Shown: one piece after another, positions 19,652 through 29,441 of the stretch
How positions within the stretch are numbered: position 1 is the stretch's first letter
Layout: every line of letters begins with the position of its first letter
Assembly (NCBI GenBank): GCA_964561545.1
Contig: CAZLQF010000014.1
Location: 7,401 to 71,400 of the forward strand
Direction: 5' to 3'
DNA: 64,000 bases
DNA from: an uncultured Sphingobacteriales bacterium
Lineage (GTDB): Bacteria > Bacteroidota > Bacteroidia > CAILMK01 > CAYYUA01
Program-made: the position numbers and the translations under genes
The notes under the pieces: model-generated
The model's input: only the letters and a program-made list of their open reading frames with translations
The model's database searches: none
Told to the model about the DNA's origin: nothing

Positions 19652-21105
19652 AAATAAGAGGCCAGCCATTCCTCGTAATTGATGAGGTCATTAGACGTGT
19701 CGGCATTTTTCTCGGCTTCCCTGAATGCCTCTATCTCATCCACCAATTCCTGATTGTTTTTCCAATACAAGGAGCAAGACATTTGCTCCAAAAGTTTTAT
19801 TAAAGTTGCTTCTCTTTGGTAATCCTGACCGGCCAGAACGTGCGGAAAGTCTTTTTTTAGATGATGGATTCTTTTTTCCAGGATGTCAAGGTCTCTAATT
19901 TTATGGCGGATCATTAGTTCATTCAAGCGGATTTTAAACCTTAAGTATTCATCTAACTTAGGGTAACTTGCATCTTGATACAATTCATTGAGTTGTTTAA
20001 TGGCAAGCTTATTTTTCCCGGTTTCATAATACATTAAGGCCAGGTTGAGCAATACAAATACCGGGTAATGGGAGAGCTGCTTAACTTTTTCATCTCCCTT
20101 GAGGTTTTCTAATAGATCAATGGCTTTTTGAGGAGCAATCTGGGAATAATTAATAAAAAGCGCATTATAGTAAAATATCAAGTATTTGTTGTAATAAAGG
20201 CAATGATACCTTTTCATTTCTCTTTTCAATAATGCTCCATATTTTAAGGACTCGTCATGGTTGCCGATTTTAAAGTTTGCATTTACCAAATACGATATCA
20301 TTTTTAATTTGGTATCGTGGTTTTGCTTGTTAAAGAGGCCTTCTGATGAAAAAGCGTTGTAAGTGTTTTCAATGTACTCCGCCAGTGCTTGAAACTCGTT
20401 ATTTTGCAGCAGCATGTTACTAACGGCATGGTAAATCTTAAAACGAAACGAAGGCGTGTTTACCAAATCATATTGCTGGCTGAATTTATCAATGGTTTTT
20501 TGAAGCATCCCAGAAATTTCAGGGGATTTTGAGGTTCGGTTGTAAGTTCGGTGGATTCTGTTTTTAACAAGGGCCAATAATTCATCTATTTCGCGAAGTT
20601 GATCTAATTTTTTCCGGTTGTAATTTCTTTTGATGATGTAAGATTCAGGGTCTACATCCAGGGATTCTCCTCCTAACTGTATCAGTTCACCGTAAATCAA
20701 ATCTAAAATGCCATATTTTTCAAAGTTTAGCGCCTGTTTCTCGGCTTTTATTAGGTATCGATAAGCCAATTGGTAGTGATACCGCTCGGTAAATAACCTG
20801 GCGAGGCCATAGTTTTTAATAACCTTTTGCTCAGGATCCTTTTCGGTGTTTAAAAAAAGTAAGCTTTTGTTAATGTCGGCTACCACCTTATTTTTAAGCC
20901 TGTAAAAAGGGTTTTTAGAAGCATTGTTCGGGAAAAGTTTGTTAAAAATTTCTTCATCATTGGCATGGCCATCGTTTTTCCTGTAATAATTAAATAAATT
21001 AAGATCTTTGCGTTCCTTATGGTTACGCGTTCTATTGGCGATTAATTTGTAACTTTTTACCTCTTCTTTGGAAAGCTGATCTATTAAAGCCTTTAAAACG
21101 TCCAT
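19648..21105 (-). CDS. hypothetical all-alpha (TPR-like) protein
   Basis: 485 aa with strongly helical, repetitive Leu/Tyr/Lys-rich composition. No recognisable catalytic motif. The stop codons overlap convergently with the upstream gene. Confidence 0.4.
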   Translation of the reverse strand: MDVLKALIDQLSKEEVKSYKLIANRTRNHKERKDLNLFNYYRKNDGHANDEEIFNKLFPNNASKNPFYRLKNKVVADINKSLLFLNTEKDPEQKVIKNYGLARLFTERYHYQLAYRYLIKAEKQALNFEKYGILDLIYGELIQLGGESLDVDPESYIIKRNYNRKKLDQLREIDELLALVKNRIHRTYNRTSKSPEISGMLQKTIDKFSQQYDLVNTPSFRFKIYHAVSNMLLQNNEFQALAEYIENTYNAFSSEGLFNKQNHDTKLKMISYLVNANFKIGNHDESLKYGALLKREMKRYHCLYYNKYLIFYYNALFINYSQIAPQKAIDLLENLKGDEKVKQLSHYPVFVLLNLALMYYETGKNKLAIKQLNELYQDASYPKLDEYLRFKIRLNELMIRHKIRDLDILEKRIHHLKKDFPHVLAGQDYQREATLIKLLEQMSCSLYWKNNQELVDEIEAFREAEKNADTSNDLINYEEWLASYF

Positions 21106-21193
21106 AGGAGCTATTTTAAAAATGTAAGATAAATAATAATATGTTTTTGAAAAAATAAAATCAAGAATTTAACTTTAAACAAAATTTTAAAAA

Positions 21194-21886
21194 ATGAAGC
21201 AAGCATTACTTTTTATTATCTTAGTATGGGGAGCGGTCTTGACAGGACATGCTCAAGAAGAAAACGGGTTTGAATTAGATTTATCCCAAATGCCCGATGA
21301 AGTGGTTAGGGATTCTGTTTATAGCTTTAGCATACCTTTAGAATTTACAGGGGATACCTCTCACAATACCAAAATACATTTGGTCTATGCTATCAATAAT
21401 GGCTCGCCCCAATTCGATATGGAGCACCGTGAGCAAAGTGAAAAGTTTTCGGTCAGCCCTCAGGATAACAGAGATACCATAAATGTCGATACCTTTCGAT
21501 TTTCTTCAGCCAAGGTTGATAAGGGGGTTAATGTTGTTGAAATATGGCCTGCTACGCCTGATACCACGGTCTTAGGGGATACAGCAACCAAACAGATCAC
21601 TGCGGTAGATAACTCAACAGGAGGGCTTCACAATCCCAAAAACCAAGATTTAAAAATTTACCCCAATCCAACATCGCAAAAATTAAAGCTTAACAGCAAT
21701 CATTGGGAACTTAAAGAGCTAACTATTTTCAACGACCAAGGAAAGCAGGTTAAAAGCTTTTCAAAACCAGCCCAATCAGTTTTGGTCGGTGACCTCCCCA
21801 AAGGACTTTACATTTTAAAAGCTCGTTTAACATCTCAATCCTTAGATGAAGCGGTAATTACCAAAAAATTGATTTTGAATAGGTGA
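21194..21886 (+). CDS. secreted protein with T9SS C-terminal sorting domain
   Basis: Signal peptide plus C-terminal KIYPNPTSQKLKLNS...GLYILKARLTSQSLDEAVITKKLILN CTD. Confidence 0.65.
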   Translation: MKQALLFIILVWGAVLTGHAQEENGFELDLSQMPDEVVRDSVYSFSIPLEFTGDTSHNTKIHLVYAINNGSPQFDMEHREQSEKFSVSPQDNRDTINVDTFRFSSAKVDKGVNVVEIWPATPDTTVLGDTATKQITAVDNSTGGLHNPKNQDLKIYPNPTSQKLKLNSNHWELKELTIFNDQGKQVKSFSKPAQSVLVGDLPKGLYILKARLTSQSLDEAVITKKLILNR

Positions 21887-21944
21887 ACGGTTCGCATTGA
21901 ATGCCAACCCATCTATTAAATAGACTTGCTGCAGGAAGAGGTAA

Positions 21945-21990
21945 AATAAAAAAGCCCCAACCGTAGAATATCTCTGGCGGGGCTTCTTTG
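21945..21990 (-). terminator. rho-independent terminator between convergent genes (functional mainly for pruA)
   Basis: AAGCCCC ... GGGGCTT stem. On the minus strand it is followed by TTTTTTATTTT. Confidence 0.5.
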
Positions 21991-22010
21991 GCTATAGGCT
22001 TTTTTTAGCT

Positions 22011-23645
22011 TTATTCCTCACTAAGGAAAGGATAACTGTAATCCCTTGGTGTAACAAAGGTTTCTTTAACAGAGCGCATGGATATCCAGCGTACCAAATT
22101 TAAGTAGGAACCAGCTTTGTCGTTGGTACCAGATTGACGGGCACCGCCAAAAGATTGTTGGCCTACCACGGAGCCCGTAGGTTTGTCATTGATGTAAAAG
22201 TTACCCGCCGCGTCTTCCAGCTTTTTATCAGCCAGCTTGATGGCATCGCGGTCTTGCGCCAAAATAGCGCCGGTCAGTGCATAAGGAGAAGTTTGATCTA
22301 CCAACTCAAGGGTTTCCTCAAACTTATTCTCATCGTAAACGTAAATGGTTAAGACCGGCCCAAAGAGCTCTTCTTGCATGGTGATATATTTGGGATCTTT
22401 GGCGAGGATAACGGTCGGCTCCACAAAATACCCTACAGATTTATCGCAATTGCCCCCAATGATCACTTCGGCATCATTGTCTTGCTTGGCCTGTTCGATG
22501 TAACTTTTGTGTTTTTCAAAAGCATTCTCGTCAATTACAGCATTAATAAAATTGGTAAAATCTTCTACATCACCCATTTTAAAAGTGTTCATCTGTTGTT
22601 CCAGGATCTCTTTTACTTCATCCCAGCGATTAGAGGGAATGTAGGCCCTTGAGGCTGCTGAGCACTTTTGGCCTTGGTATTCGAAAGCACCTCTGCTAAG
22701 AGCTGTGGCCACTTGGTCTGCATGAGCAGATTCGTGCATTACAACAAAGTCTTTACCACCGGATTCTCCGACTATACGTGGGAAGGACTTGTATTTATCA
22801 ATGTTCTGGCCTGCTTGCTTCCACAAGTCTTTCAGAACTTTATTAGATCCGGTAAAATGCAATCCGGCAAAATCAGGATGGTCCAAAATTGTATTGGTGG
22901 TTTCTTCAGGATCGGCAAATATCATGTTGATTACGCCATCGGGTAAGCCGGCTTCTTTGAAAATTTCCATGGTAACCTGGGCAGAATAGATCTGTTTGTC
23001 AGATGGCTTCCAAATGGCGGTATTGCCCATTAAGGCTGGAGCAGCTGGTAAGTTACCACTAATGGAAGTAAAGTTGAAGGGTGTAACGGCATAAACAAAG
23101 CCTTCCAGCGGCCTGTAATCGCTACGATTCCACATCCATTTGCCATTGTTGGGTTGGCCCTCATAAATTTCTTGGGCTGCCCAGACGTTGAATTTAAGAA
23201 AGTCTATAAACTCAGCAGATGCTTCAATTTCTGATTGAAAGGCATTTTTAGACTGCCCTACCATCGTAGCAGCATTCATTTTTTGCCGATAGGGCCCTTG
23301 AAGCAGGTCTGCTGCCTTTAAAAATATGGATGCCCGATCTTTCCAGGGCATGTTGCGCCATTTTTCCTTGGCATCTAAAGAAGCTTTAATGGCATCCTGG
23401 ACTTGCTGTTTTCCTCCATAATAATAATTTGCCACCGTTTGGTTCAAGCGGTGAGGCGGCCGGTATTCTCGTATATCGTTGGTTTTTACTTCCTTGCCAT
23501 TGATGATCATGGGTACTTCCCGGACTTCGCTGTAGCATTTTTTTATTTCCTGCTTAAGCTCCTTTTTTTCAGGAGTTCCTGGACCATAAGATAAAAATGG
23601 TTCGTTATTGGGTTTGGAGATTTTAAAAAATCCGTCTGCTGCCAT
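22011..23645 (-). CDS. pruA: L-glutamate gamma-semialdehyde (1-pyrroline-5-carboxylate) dehydrogenase
   Basis: 544 aa ALDH superfamily protein. Catalytic Cys is in GQKCSAASR. Glu/NAD motifs are present. Length matches Bacteroidota P5CDH. Confidence 0.8.
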   Translation of the reverse strand: MAADGFFKISKPNNEPFLSYGPGTPEKKELKQEIKKCYSEVREVPMIINGKEVKTNDIREYRPPHRLNQTVANYYYGGKQQVQDAIKASLDAKEKWRNMPWKDRASIFLKAADLLQGPYRQKMNAATMVGQSKNAFQSEIEASAEFIDFLKFNVWAAQEIYEGQPNNGKWMWNRSDYRPLEGFVYAVTPFNFTSISGNLPAAPALMGNTAIWKPSDKQIYSAQVTMEIFKEAGLPDGVINMIFADPEETTNTILDHPDFAGLHFTGSNKVLKDLWKQAGQNIDKYKSFPRIVGESGGKDFVVMHESAHADQVATALSRGAFEYQGQKCSAASRAYIPSNRWDEVKEILEQQMNTFKMGDVEDFTNFINAVIDENAFEKHKSYIEQAKQDNDAEVIIGGNCDKSVGYFVEPTVILAKDPKYITMQEELFGPVLTIYVYDENKFEETLELVDQTSPYALTGAILAQDRDAIKLADKKLEDAAGNFYINDKPTGSVVGQQSFGGARQSGTNDKAGSYLNLVRWISMRSVKETFVTPRDYSYPFLSEE

Positions 23646-23799
23646 AATGTTTTGATTTTTAGTTTACCACAAAAATAGAAAATTTCCGGCCTTTCATTGA
23701 GAAGCAATCCATTGATTTCAATACACTTAAATTCGCGATCAATTGTAAATCTATTTGGTATTTCTGCTAACTTGGTTCCTGCTTTAAAGCTTCCAATAA

Positions 23800-24285
23800 A
23801 TGCTCAAAACCCGTTTCAGGATCGATACCCAACTTTCTAAAAAATCGATTGTATCGGTATTACTGGAAAATACCGAAGTCACCAATCCGTGGCAATATTT
23901 AAAGGATCCATCCAAGCCATTGAAAGGTGATATTAACGAAAATCAATTCACCCTTGCTTTAAATACTTGGTATGCCAATGGTTCTTTTCCGCTAGCTTCG
24001 GGAACAATCGAAGAAACAGGTTATGGCTGTGTAATAGAAGTATCCCTTCATGCCCGTCAACTGGCCTTGCCTTTTTTGGTTTCGTTTCTGTTTGCCTTAG
24101 CATTTTTGGCTGCAGTTGTACTACTACTGTTTCAATTTGACTTGTTCTTAATTCAGGACTTAAGGGCCTTTATTTGGATCTTTATCTTGTCCATCCCCAT
24201 CATGTTGATTCCTTTCTATTTTGAAAAAAGAAGCCTTGAAAGAACATTGGTAGATTTACTGGAGGGAGAGCTTACTTATCAATAA
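23800..24285 (+). CDS. hypothetical membrane protein
   Basis: 161 aa with two C-terminal TM helices. No known motif. Confidence 0.35.
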   Translation: MLKTRFRIDTQLSKKSIVSVLLENTEVTNPWQYLKDPSKPLKGDINENQFTLALNTWYANGSFPLASGTIEETGYGCVIEVSLHARQLALPFLVSFLFALAFLAAVVLLLFQFDLFLIQDLRAFIWIFILSIPIMLIPFYFEKRSLERTLVDLLEGELTYQ

Positions 24286-24394
24286 AAATTGAAGTATGTT
24301 TTGAATTATGTTACTTTCTTTCCCAACCCTTGCCCCAATTAAACGTATTCCCTCTATTTTTGCAAGGTTTTAAAAGTATTAAAACAACCAAAGA

Positions 24395-25285
24395 TTGACT
24401 TCTAAAACCTTTTCCTACCTACAGATACACACAGCTGTGTTGCTGTTTGGTTTTACGGCCATCCTCGGGCGCTTGATCCATATTTCCGAATTAGGCATTG
24501 TTTGGCACCGGTTGATCATAACCTGCGCCAGTTTGCTATTTTTACCACAGGTTTGGCGTGAACTAAAACATACTGATTGGAGGACTACCCTTAAACTCTC
24601 AGGTATTGGTATATTGGTTAGTTTACATTGGGTGCTGTTCTATGGGGCTGTCAAATATTCAAATGTTTCGGTTACGCTAAGCTGTATGGCCACATCCTCT
24701 TTTTTTACGGCCCTGATTGAACCTTTGTTCTTTCAAAAACGCGTGAAATCCTATGAACTCATTTTAGGCGTTTTTATAATTGGTGGCATTTATTTGATCT
24801 TCTTTTTTACGGAATTGTATTTAGCTGGTATTATAATGGGATTGCTGGCAGCTTTTCTGGCAGCTACCTTTGCCACCCTCAACAAGAAGATGGTGACCAA
24901 CCAGGGTGCCCTGAGCATGACGTTCATCGAATTAGGAGCGGGCTGGCTGTTTCTTAACCTGGTTACGCCCATTTATTTTAACCTCTTTCCCGAATCAGGA
25001 TTTGAGGCCAGTGGTATGGATTGGATGTACCTGATCGTATTGGGCTTACTGTGTACCACTTTTGCTTTTGTGTTATCCATTCAAGCGCTTAAAAACCTGA
25101 CCGCTTTCGCCACTAACCTCACCATTAATCTTGAGCCTATTTACGGGATTATCATGGCCTTTTTTATCTTTAATGAGCATCAGGAAATGGATTATAGGTT
25201 TTATTTCGGAACGCTATTGATCTTAACCGCCATTTTCCTTCATCCAATTTTGGAAAAACGATTGGGTGCGAAAGAAGCGCCCTGA
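24395..25285 (+). CDS. DMT superfamily transporter (EamA-like)
   Basis: About 10 TM helices in an internally duplicated EamA-like arrangement. Start is TTG. Confidence 0.7.
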   Translation: MTSKTFSYLQIHTAVLLFGFTAILGRLIHISELGIVWHRLIITCASLLFLPQVWRELKHTDWRTTLKLSGIGILVSLHWVLFYGAVKYSNVSVTLSCMATSSFFTALIEPLFFQKRVKSYELILGVFIIGGIYLIFFFTELYLAGIIMGLLAAFLAATFATLNKKMVTNQGALSMTFIELGAGWLFLNLVTPIYFNLFPESGFEASGMDWMYLIVLGLLCTTFAFVLSIQALKNLTAFATNLTINLEPIYGIIMAFFIFNEHQEMDYRFYFGTLLILTAIFLHPILEKRLGAKEAP

Positions 25286-25356
25286 ATTTTTCTACAATAA
25301 AAAAATTATAGCTAAAAGGTGGGATTGTTCAGGAGAGAAAATGGGGCAGCAAACCG

Positions 25357-25905
25357 TTAATACATGTTCCCTTCGTAGTTAAACAAACTAATGATTGACT
25401 GGCCGTATTTGTATTTTTTGATGAAATGAGGGATGTCACCAAATTCCTCTTTCTTGTAATGTTCCAAGGCAAATAAACCTTTCGGTTTCAACAACTGCTT
25501 TTCAAAAACTTTATACACCATGTTTTTACTCTCTGGGTTGTTGAATGGTGGATCAGCAAATATAATATCAAACGTCTCGTCTGTATTTTCCAGATAACTC
25601 ATGACCTCAATGCAAATGGGCTCAATTTCGTAAAATTCAAAACGTTCGCTTTCCTTGTTAATGAACTTGATGGAGCTTGAATTTTGCTCAACAGCGACTA
25701 TATGGGGTGTTCCACGGCTTGCAAATTCAAAACTAACACTACCCGTACCTGAGTAAAGGTCTAAAACCGAGACTTCATCAAAGTAGTAATAATTGTTCAA
25801 AATATTAAAAAGTCCCTCTTTGCTCCGATCTGTTGTAGGCCGAGCTGGCAAGTCATTTGGAGGGTAGATGGACATGCCTTTCTTTGATCCACTAATTATT
25901 CGCAT
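25357..25905 (-). CDS. rsmD: 16S rRNA (guanine966-N2)-methyltransferase RsmD
   Basis: LDLYSGTGSVSFEFASRG (motif I) and the ADPPF catalytic motif are present. Length 182 aa. Confidence 0.9.
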   Translation of the reverse strand: MRIISGSKKGMSIYPPNDLPARPTTDRSKEGLFNILNNYYYFDEVSVLDLYSGTGSVSFEFASRGTPHIVAVEQNSSSIKFINKESERFEFYEIEPICIEVMSYLENTDETFDIIFADPPFNNPESKNMVYKVFEKQLLKPKGLFALEHYKKEEFGDIPHFIKKYKYGQSIISLFNYEGNMY

Positions 25906-26648
25906 AAGCCGATACCAAATAAGGTATAGTAGTTGTGAGCAGAAATTTGATTGAATTGATGACTGTATTCCAACGTTTCAGGCCTTTGGCCAAAGGAAAT
26001 GTTCTTCAAATAACGTTCAAGCAGTTGATACAATTCCGAGTTACGATAGAATTCACCGGTAAAAACATAAGGATCTTTATGTGGTTTGATCTCCAGCTTT
26101 TCGCTTACGTACATTAAATAATAAAGCAAATCAACATCATTGGAGTAAGAAAAAATATTAAAGAAATGAAGGCTCCCTTGTTTCATAACGGCAATCCTTG
26201 CCAGGGACGCTTCTAAATCAGTAATGATCAAATTCTGATAATCTTTTTGGTATTGAATCAGAATGTTTTCAAGGAATAAAGTACCGGAGTGGTAAAGATG
26301 TTGGGGTGCTTTTATGTTTGCTTTAAACGAATCTAAAAGCGTGGAAGGTAAACTCCAGACAAAATATGCCCTTAATTCATTAACAAAGTTTTCCTCAATA
26401 GTTTCCTCGGAGGTTTTTTGAAAATTAAGGTTGAAATAGGAATATTTTAATTCGTGATCAAAAAAAGCTTCGGGTACCAAAGTTCCGCGCGAATTGGATA
26501 ATACCAGGTTAACGGTATTGTATTCTGGGGTTAGTAAATCAGCATTGGCCAATGCTTTCGGGGCTTCTTTCAAAGGATCATTTGATGCCTCGGGCATGGG
26601 CAATGGCTCCAAGTAAACAAACTTTCCTCGCTCACGGTCATATACCAA
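25896..26648 (-). CDS. hypothetical protein (DUF3822-like, conserved partner upstream of rsmD)
   Basis: 250 aa. Overlaps the rsmD start by 10 nt, indicating translational coupling. No catalytic motif. Confidence 0.45.
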   Translation of the reverse strand: MVYDRERGKFVYLEPLPMPEASNDPLKEAPKALANADLLTPEYNTVNLVLSNSRGTLVPEAFFDHELKYSYFNLNFQKTSEETIEENFVNELRAYFVWSLPSTLLDSFKANIKAPQHLYHSGTLFLENILIQYQKDYQNLIITDLEASLARIAVMKQGSLHFFNIFSYSNDVDLLYYLMYVSEKLEIKPHKDPYVFTGEFYRNSELYQLLERYLKNISFGQRPETLEYSHQFNQISAHNYYTLFGIGLCE

Positions 26649-26751
26649 AAAATCTATTTGATCCCGCTCATAACCAATAGTAAGGTCATATTGATCTGCT
26701 AAATCCAGATCAAAACCCTCATCTTTAATGCGTTTTGTTTTCCTTATTTGT

Positions 26752-27288
26752 TTACTGCCAGTTGCCAGAAGTAGTTGCTTTCGTTAATGAACCAACTTTG
26801 AGTGTTGTACCTTTTATCGGGCGTACGTCCTTGGCTTCAAATACGTTGACGTTAACCCCCCTTTCCGTGATCATGTCTGCTTCCAAGTTAAATTTTTTGC
26901 CACCAGTGTTTGGCGAATATTGTATCGAATCAATGGGATAGTCTTCAGCAAATAGATCATCCTTAATGGGCACATAAGAAGTATCCCTGCTTACTTGAAT
27001 TGTTGTATCGTTGGGATCACCTACTGTCTTAATCCTGGTGAAGCTATCATGTTTAACAGTGTAGAGGAGGCTGTCCCAGTTTCCTGTATATTTACCATGG
27101 AGTTCTTTGTAAGCATTTTCCGCATCACGTACATGCTTGAGCCGCTTAATAACCTTATTCTTAGTTTCTTTAATCCTTTGTTCCTTAACAATAGGTTCCC
27201 TGATTACTGCGTAAAGCCAGTAACCAAGCAAAAGGACAACGAGTACAAGTACTAATCTTGTGACGATCTCTACAGTTCTCTGATTCAT
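26752..27288 (-). CDS. hypothetical membrane-anchored protein
   Basis: Single N-terminal TM (LVLVLVVLLLGYWLY). The remainder is presumably periplasmic. Confidence 0.4.
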   Translation of the reverse strand: MNQRTVEIVTRLVLVLVVLLLGYWLYAVIREPIVKEQRIKETKNKVIKRLKHVRDAENAYKELHGKYTGNWDSLLYTVKHDSFTRIKTVGDPNDTTIQVSRDTSYVPIKDDLFAEDYPIDSIQYSPNTGGKKFNLEADMITERGVNVNVFEAKDVRPIKGTTLKVGSLTKATTSGNWQ

Positions 27289-27338
27289 GATTGTTGGTTT
27301 CGAATTTCTTGAGGCATCGCAAAGCTATAAATTATCTG

Positions 27339-29438
27339 CTAAAAATTTAACCTTATTTGCGCTTTAACCTCTGTTCGTTTATTGCCAGGAATGGTATTCA
27401 AAGCACTTCCAACTTCTTCTCGGTTCCTATAATTGGTTTGCCCGATCTTCAACCAAAAATCTAAATACCTTGCCGGTTCCCATTTGGCTAAAAGGTAATA
27501 CCGCATTCCTTTATCAGAGAAAAAGGGTATGCTAAAAGCATAAAGTAAATCGTTTTCGTAGGTATAAATTCGACTCTGGAAACCATCAATATCAAAAACT
27601 CCGTATCTCGCTGTTAAGCTAAATTGATCATTGCGGCTCTCATATTCTACATCCTGAAAGAGTAAAACGCCATTTTGGTTCGCTTCTAATTCTGAATTGT
27701 AGTGGGAATAGGCAATCCGGCTTTGGAAAGAAAATAAACCTGAAGTTCGGTAACTTGCGTTCCATCTCAAATTATGGCGTTGATACCGGGTAAGCGAACT
27801 CATTGAGGATTCGCCCCCTGCTAAATTTCGATCCTTGATCTGTGCCTTGTAACGCCAATAAGTTTCAAACCATCGTGAGGGAGTATAAGTAACATCAGCC
27901 AAATATTCATAACCATCAGATGGGACATCCGCACGAAAACGCAACCAAGGGAAATCAAATTGATCCATGTAAAGGTTGATGTTCCAATCCTGGAAAGGTG
28001 ATAAGGTCATCCCTAAAAACAAACCCCTTTCATTGTCAACACCACCGGCTTCACTGAATGCATTGGCATACACCGCTTGGTAATCTTTTGGGTAATTCCG
28101 GTAAATGGCTCCCAGGTTAACTCCGGAGCCTAAATTGGCCATAACTCCTTGCATATAGGCAATTGCTCCATTATGCGAATAGCCAGCTTCTCCAAAAGTA
28201 AAAATGTTTTCGTAGGACCAGGCGTAATTGACGCCCACATCCCAAAAGGACCGACCTGAAAAGTCAAATTTTTTATACAAGCGATTTTCATTAATCTTTG
28301 GCACATCATATTCAGCATGAACACCTGTTGCTCCTAATTCCAACTTACCAAATGTATATTTTACATTACCGCCTATGATCGTTTCTCTAATGGCATTTTT
28401 GTCCTTAAGATCCGTTTTGGTGCGGTGGTAACCGGTATTGTCAAAAGAAGTAAAAAATTGATCGAACGATGAGGTGCTATCGGCCTGATTGATATTGGCA
28501 TTTTTGGGTTTATCAGAATAAAAACCGGTCACTTCGGCATCGCCAAATTGAAAGGTGACACCTGCTCCCCTTAAAAACTGGTTTTCATTTGAGGATCGGT
28601 AGGGCCTTAAACCTCGGCCATTTTTGTAGATGTTCATGACATCCGGCGTTTTGCCAAAACTTAAACCAGACCACATCACCAATCCTTCTCCAAACTGCGC
28701 ATGGTAATCACCTATGGCCAAGGATTTGATAAAGCCAATGTCTGATAAGTAAAAATGAGCAGAATAAAAATCATAGCCGTCTTGATGGGCCCCTCTAAAA
28801 AATTCTTCGCCTGGATCCTTATCTGCTGTAAAACCCAGGCTTAAGTTATCGGAATATTCATAAGTATAGCGGGTGTAAAGCCGGTAAGGACTTCCTAAAT
28901 AACCAGTATTGGTAGCTCGATTTGATGTATCCCTTCTTTGCTGGCCTTCAGTCTTTTCGAGATTTCGGCTGCTTCTAATAAATAGGTCATGATCCCCATA
29001 TTTCCAAATGTTCTCCAATGATAAGCTTACTTCCTCTTCATCACGCCTGATGGTGACGAATTGCAATAGCCATCTTAAGGTTTGTTGGTCCAAAGATTCA
29101 ATGGCTTGCAACTCATATAAGGTTACAAAGTCACCATAACGGTCTCGATAAGCCAGGATTTCATTAACCTCTGAAATGTTTAAGAAATGCATTGACAAGA
29201 GCTTCTCTCGTGTAGCCTTGTTAAGTGATAAAGGGCGTTTGTAATATTGGTTGAGGGTATTAACCAATTCGGTGTAATCAACATTTTTATCAGCTTCTTC
29301 AAGTATGGATTCAACGATTCGTTCTAACTCAGGATCATTCACATCCTGGGCCTTTAAAGGCCCATAGAAGGTCATCAAAATACTGAGAAGAAGGACGCCA
29401 ACAGTCCAATTGAGGTTATGTTGTATGCTTGCTTTCAA
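27339..29438 (-). CDS. outer membrane beta-barrel protein with N-terminal ComEA-type helix-hairpin-helix domain
   Basis: Signal peptide. LSLNKATREKLLSMHFLNISEVNEILAYRDRYGDFVTLYELQAIESLDQQTL aligns with the ComEA HhH DNA-binding motif. The C-terminal ~550 aa are rich in alternating aromatic/Gly beta-strands and end in RLNF (terminal Phe OMP signature). Confidence 0.6.
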   Translation of the reverse strand: MKASIQHNLNWTVGVLLLSILMTFYGPLKAQDVNDPELERIVESILEEADKNVDYTELVNTLNQYYKRPLSLNKATREKLLSMHFLNISEVNEILAYRDRYGDFVTLYELQAIESLDQQTLRWLLQFVTIRRDEEEVSLSLENIWKYGDHDLFIRSSRNLEKTEGQQRRDTSNRATNTGYLGSPYRLYTRYTYEYSDNLSLGFTADKDPGEEFFRGAHQDGYDFYSAHFYLSDIGFIKSLAIGDYHAQFGEGLVMWSGLSFGKTPDVMNIYKNGRGLRPYRSSNENQFLRGAGVTFQFGDAEVTGFYSDKPKNANINQADSTSSFDQFFTSFDNTGYHRTKTDLKDKNAIRETIIGGNVKYTFGKLELGATGVHAEYDVPKINENRLYKKFDFSGRSFWDVGVNYAWSYENIFTFGEAGYSHNGAIAYMQGVMANLGSGVNLGAIYRNYPKDYQAVYANAFSEAGGVDNERGLFLGMTLSPFQDWNINLYMDQFDFPWLRFRADVPSDGYEYLADVTYTPSRWFETYWRYKAQIKDRNLAGGESSMSSLTRYQRHNLRWNASYRTSGLFSFQSRIAYSHYNSELEANQNGVLLFQDVEYESRNDQFSLTARYGVFDIDGFQSRIYTYENDLLYAFSIPFFSDKGMRYYLLAKWEPARYLDFWLKIGQTNYRNREEVGSALNTIPGNKRTEVKAQIRLNF

Positions 29439-29441
29439 AAG

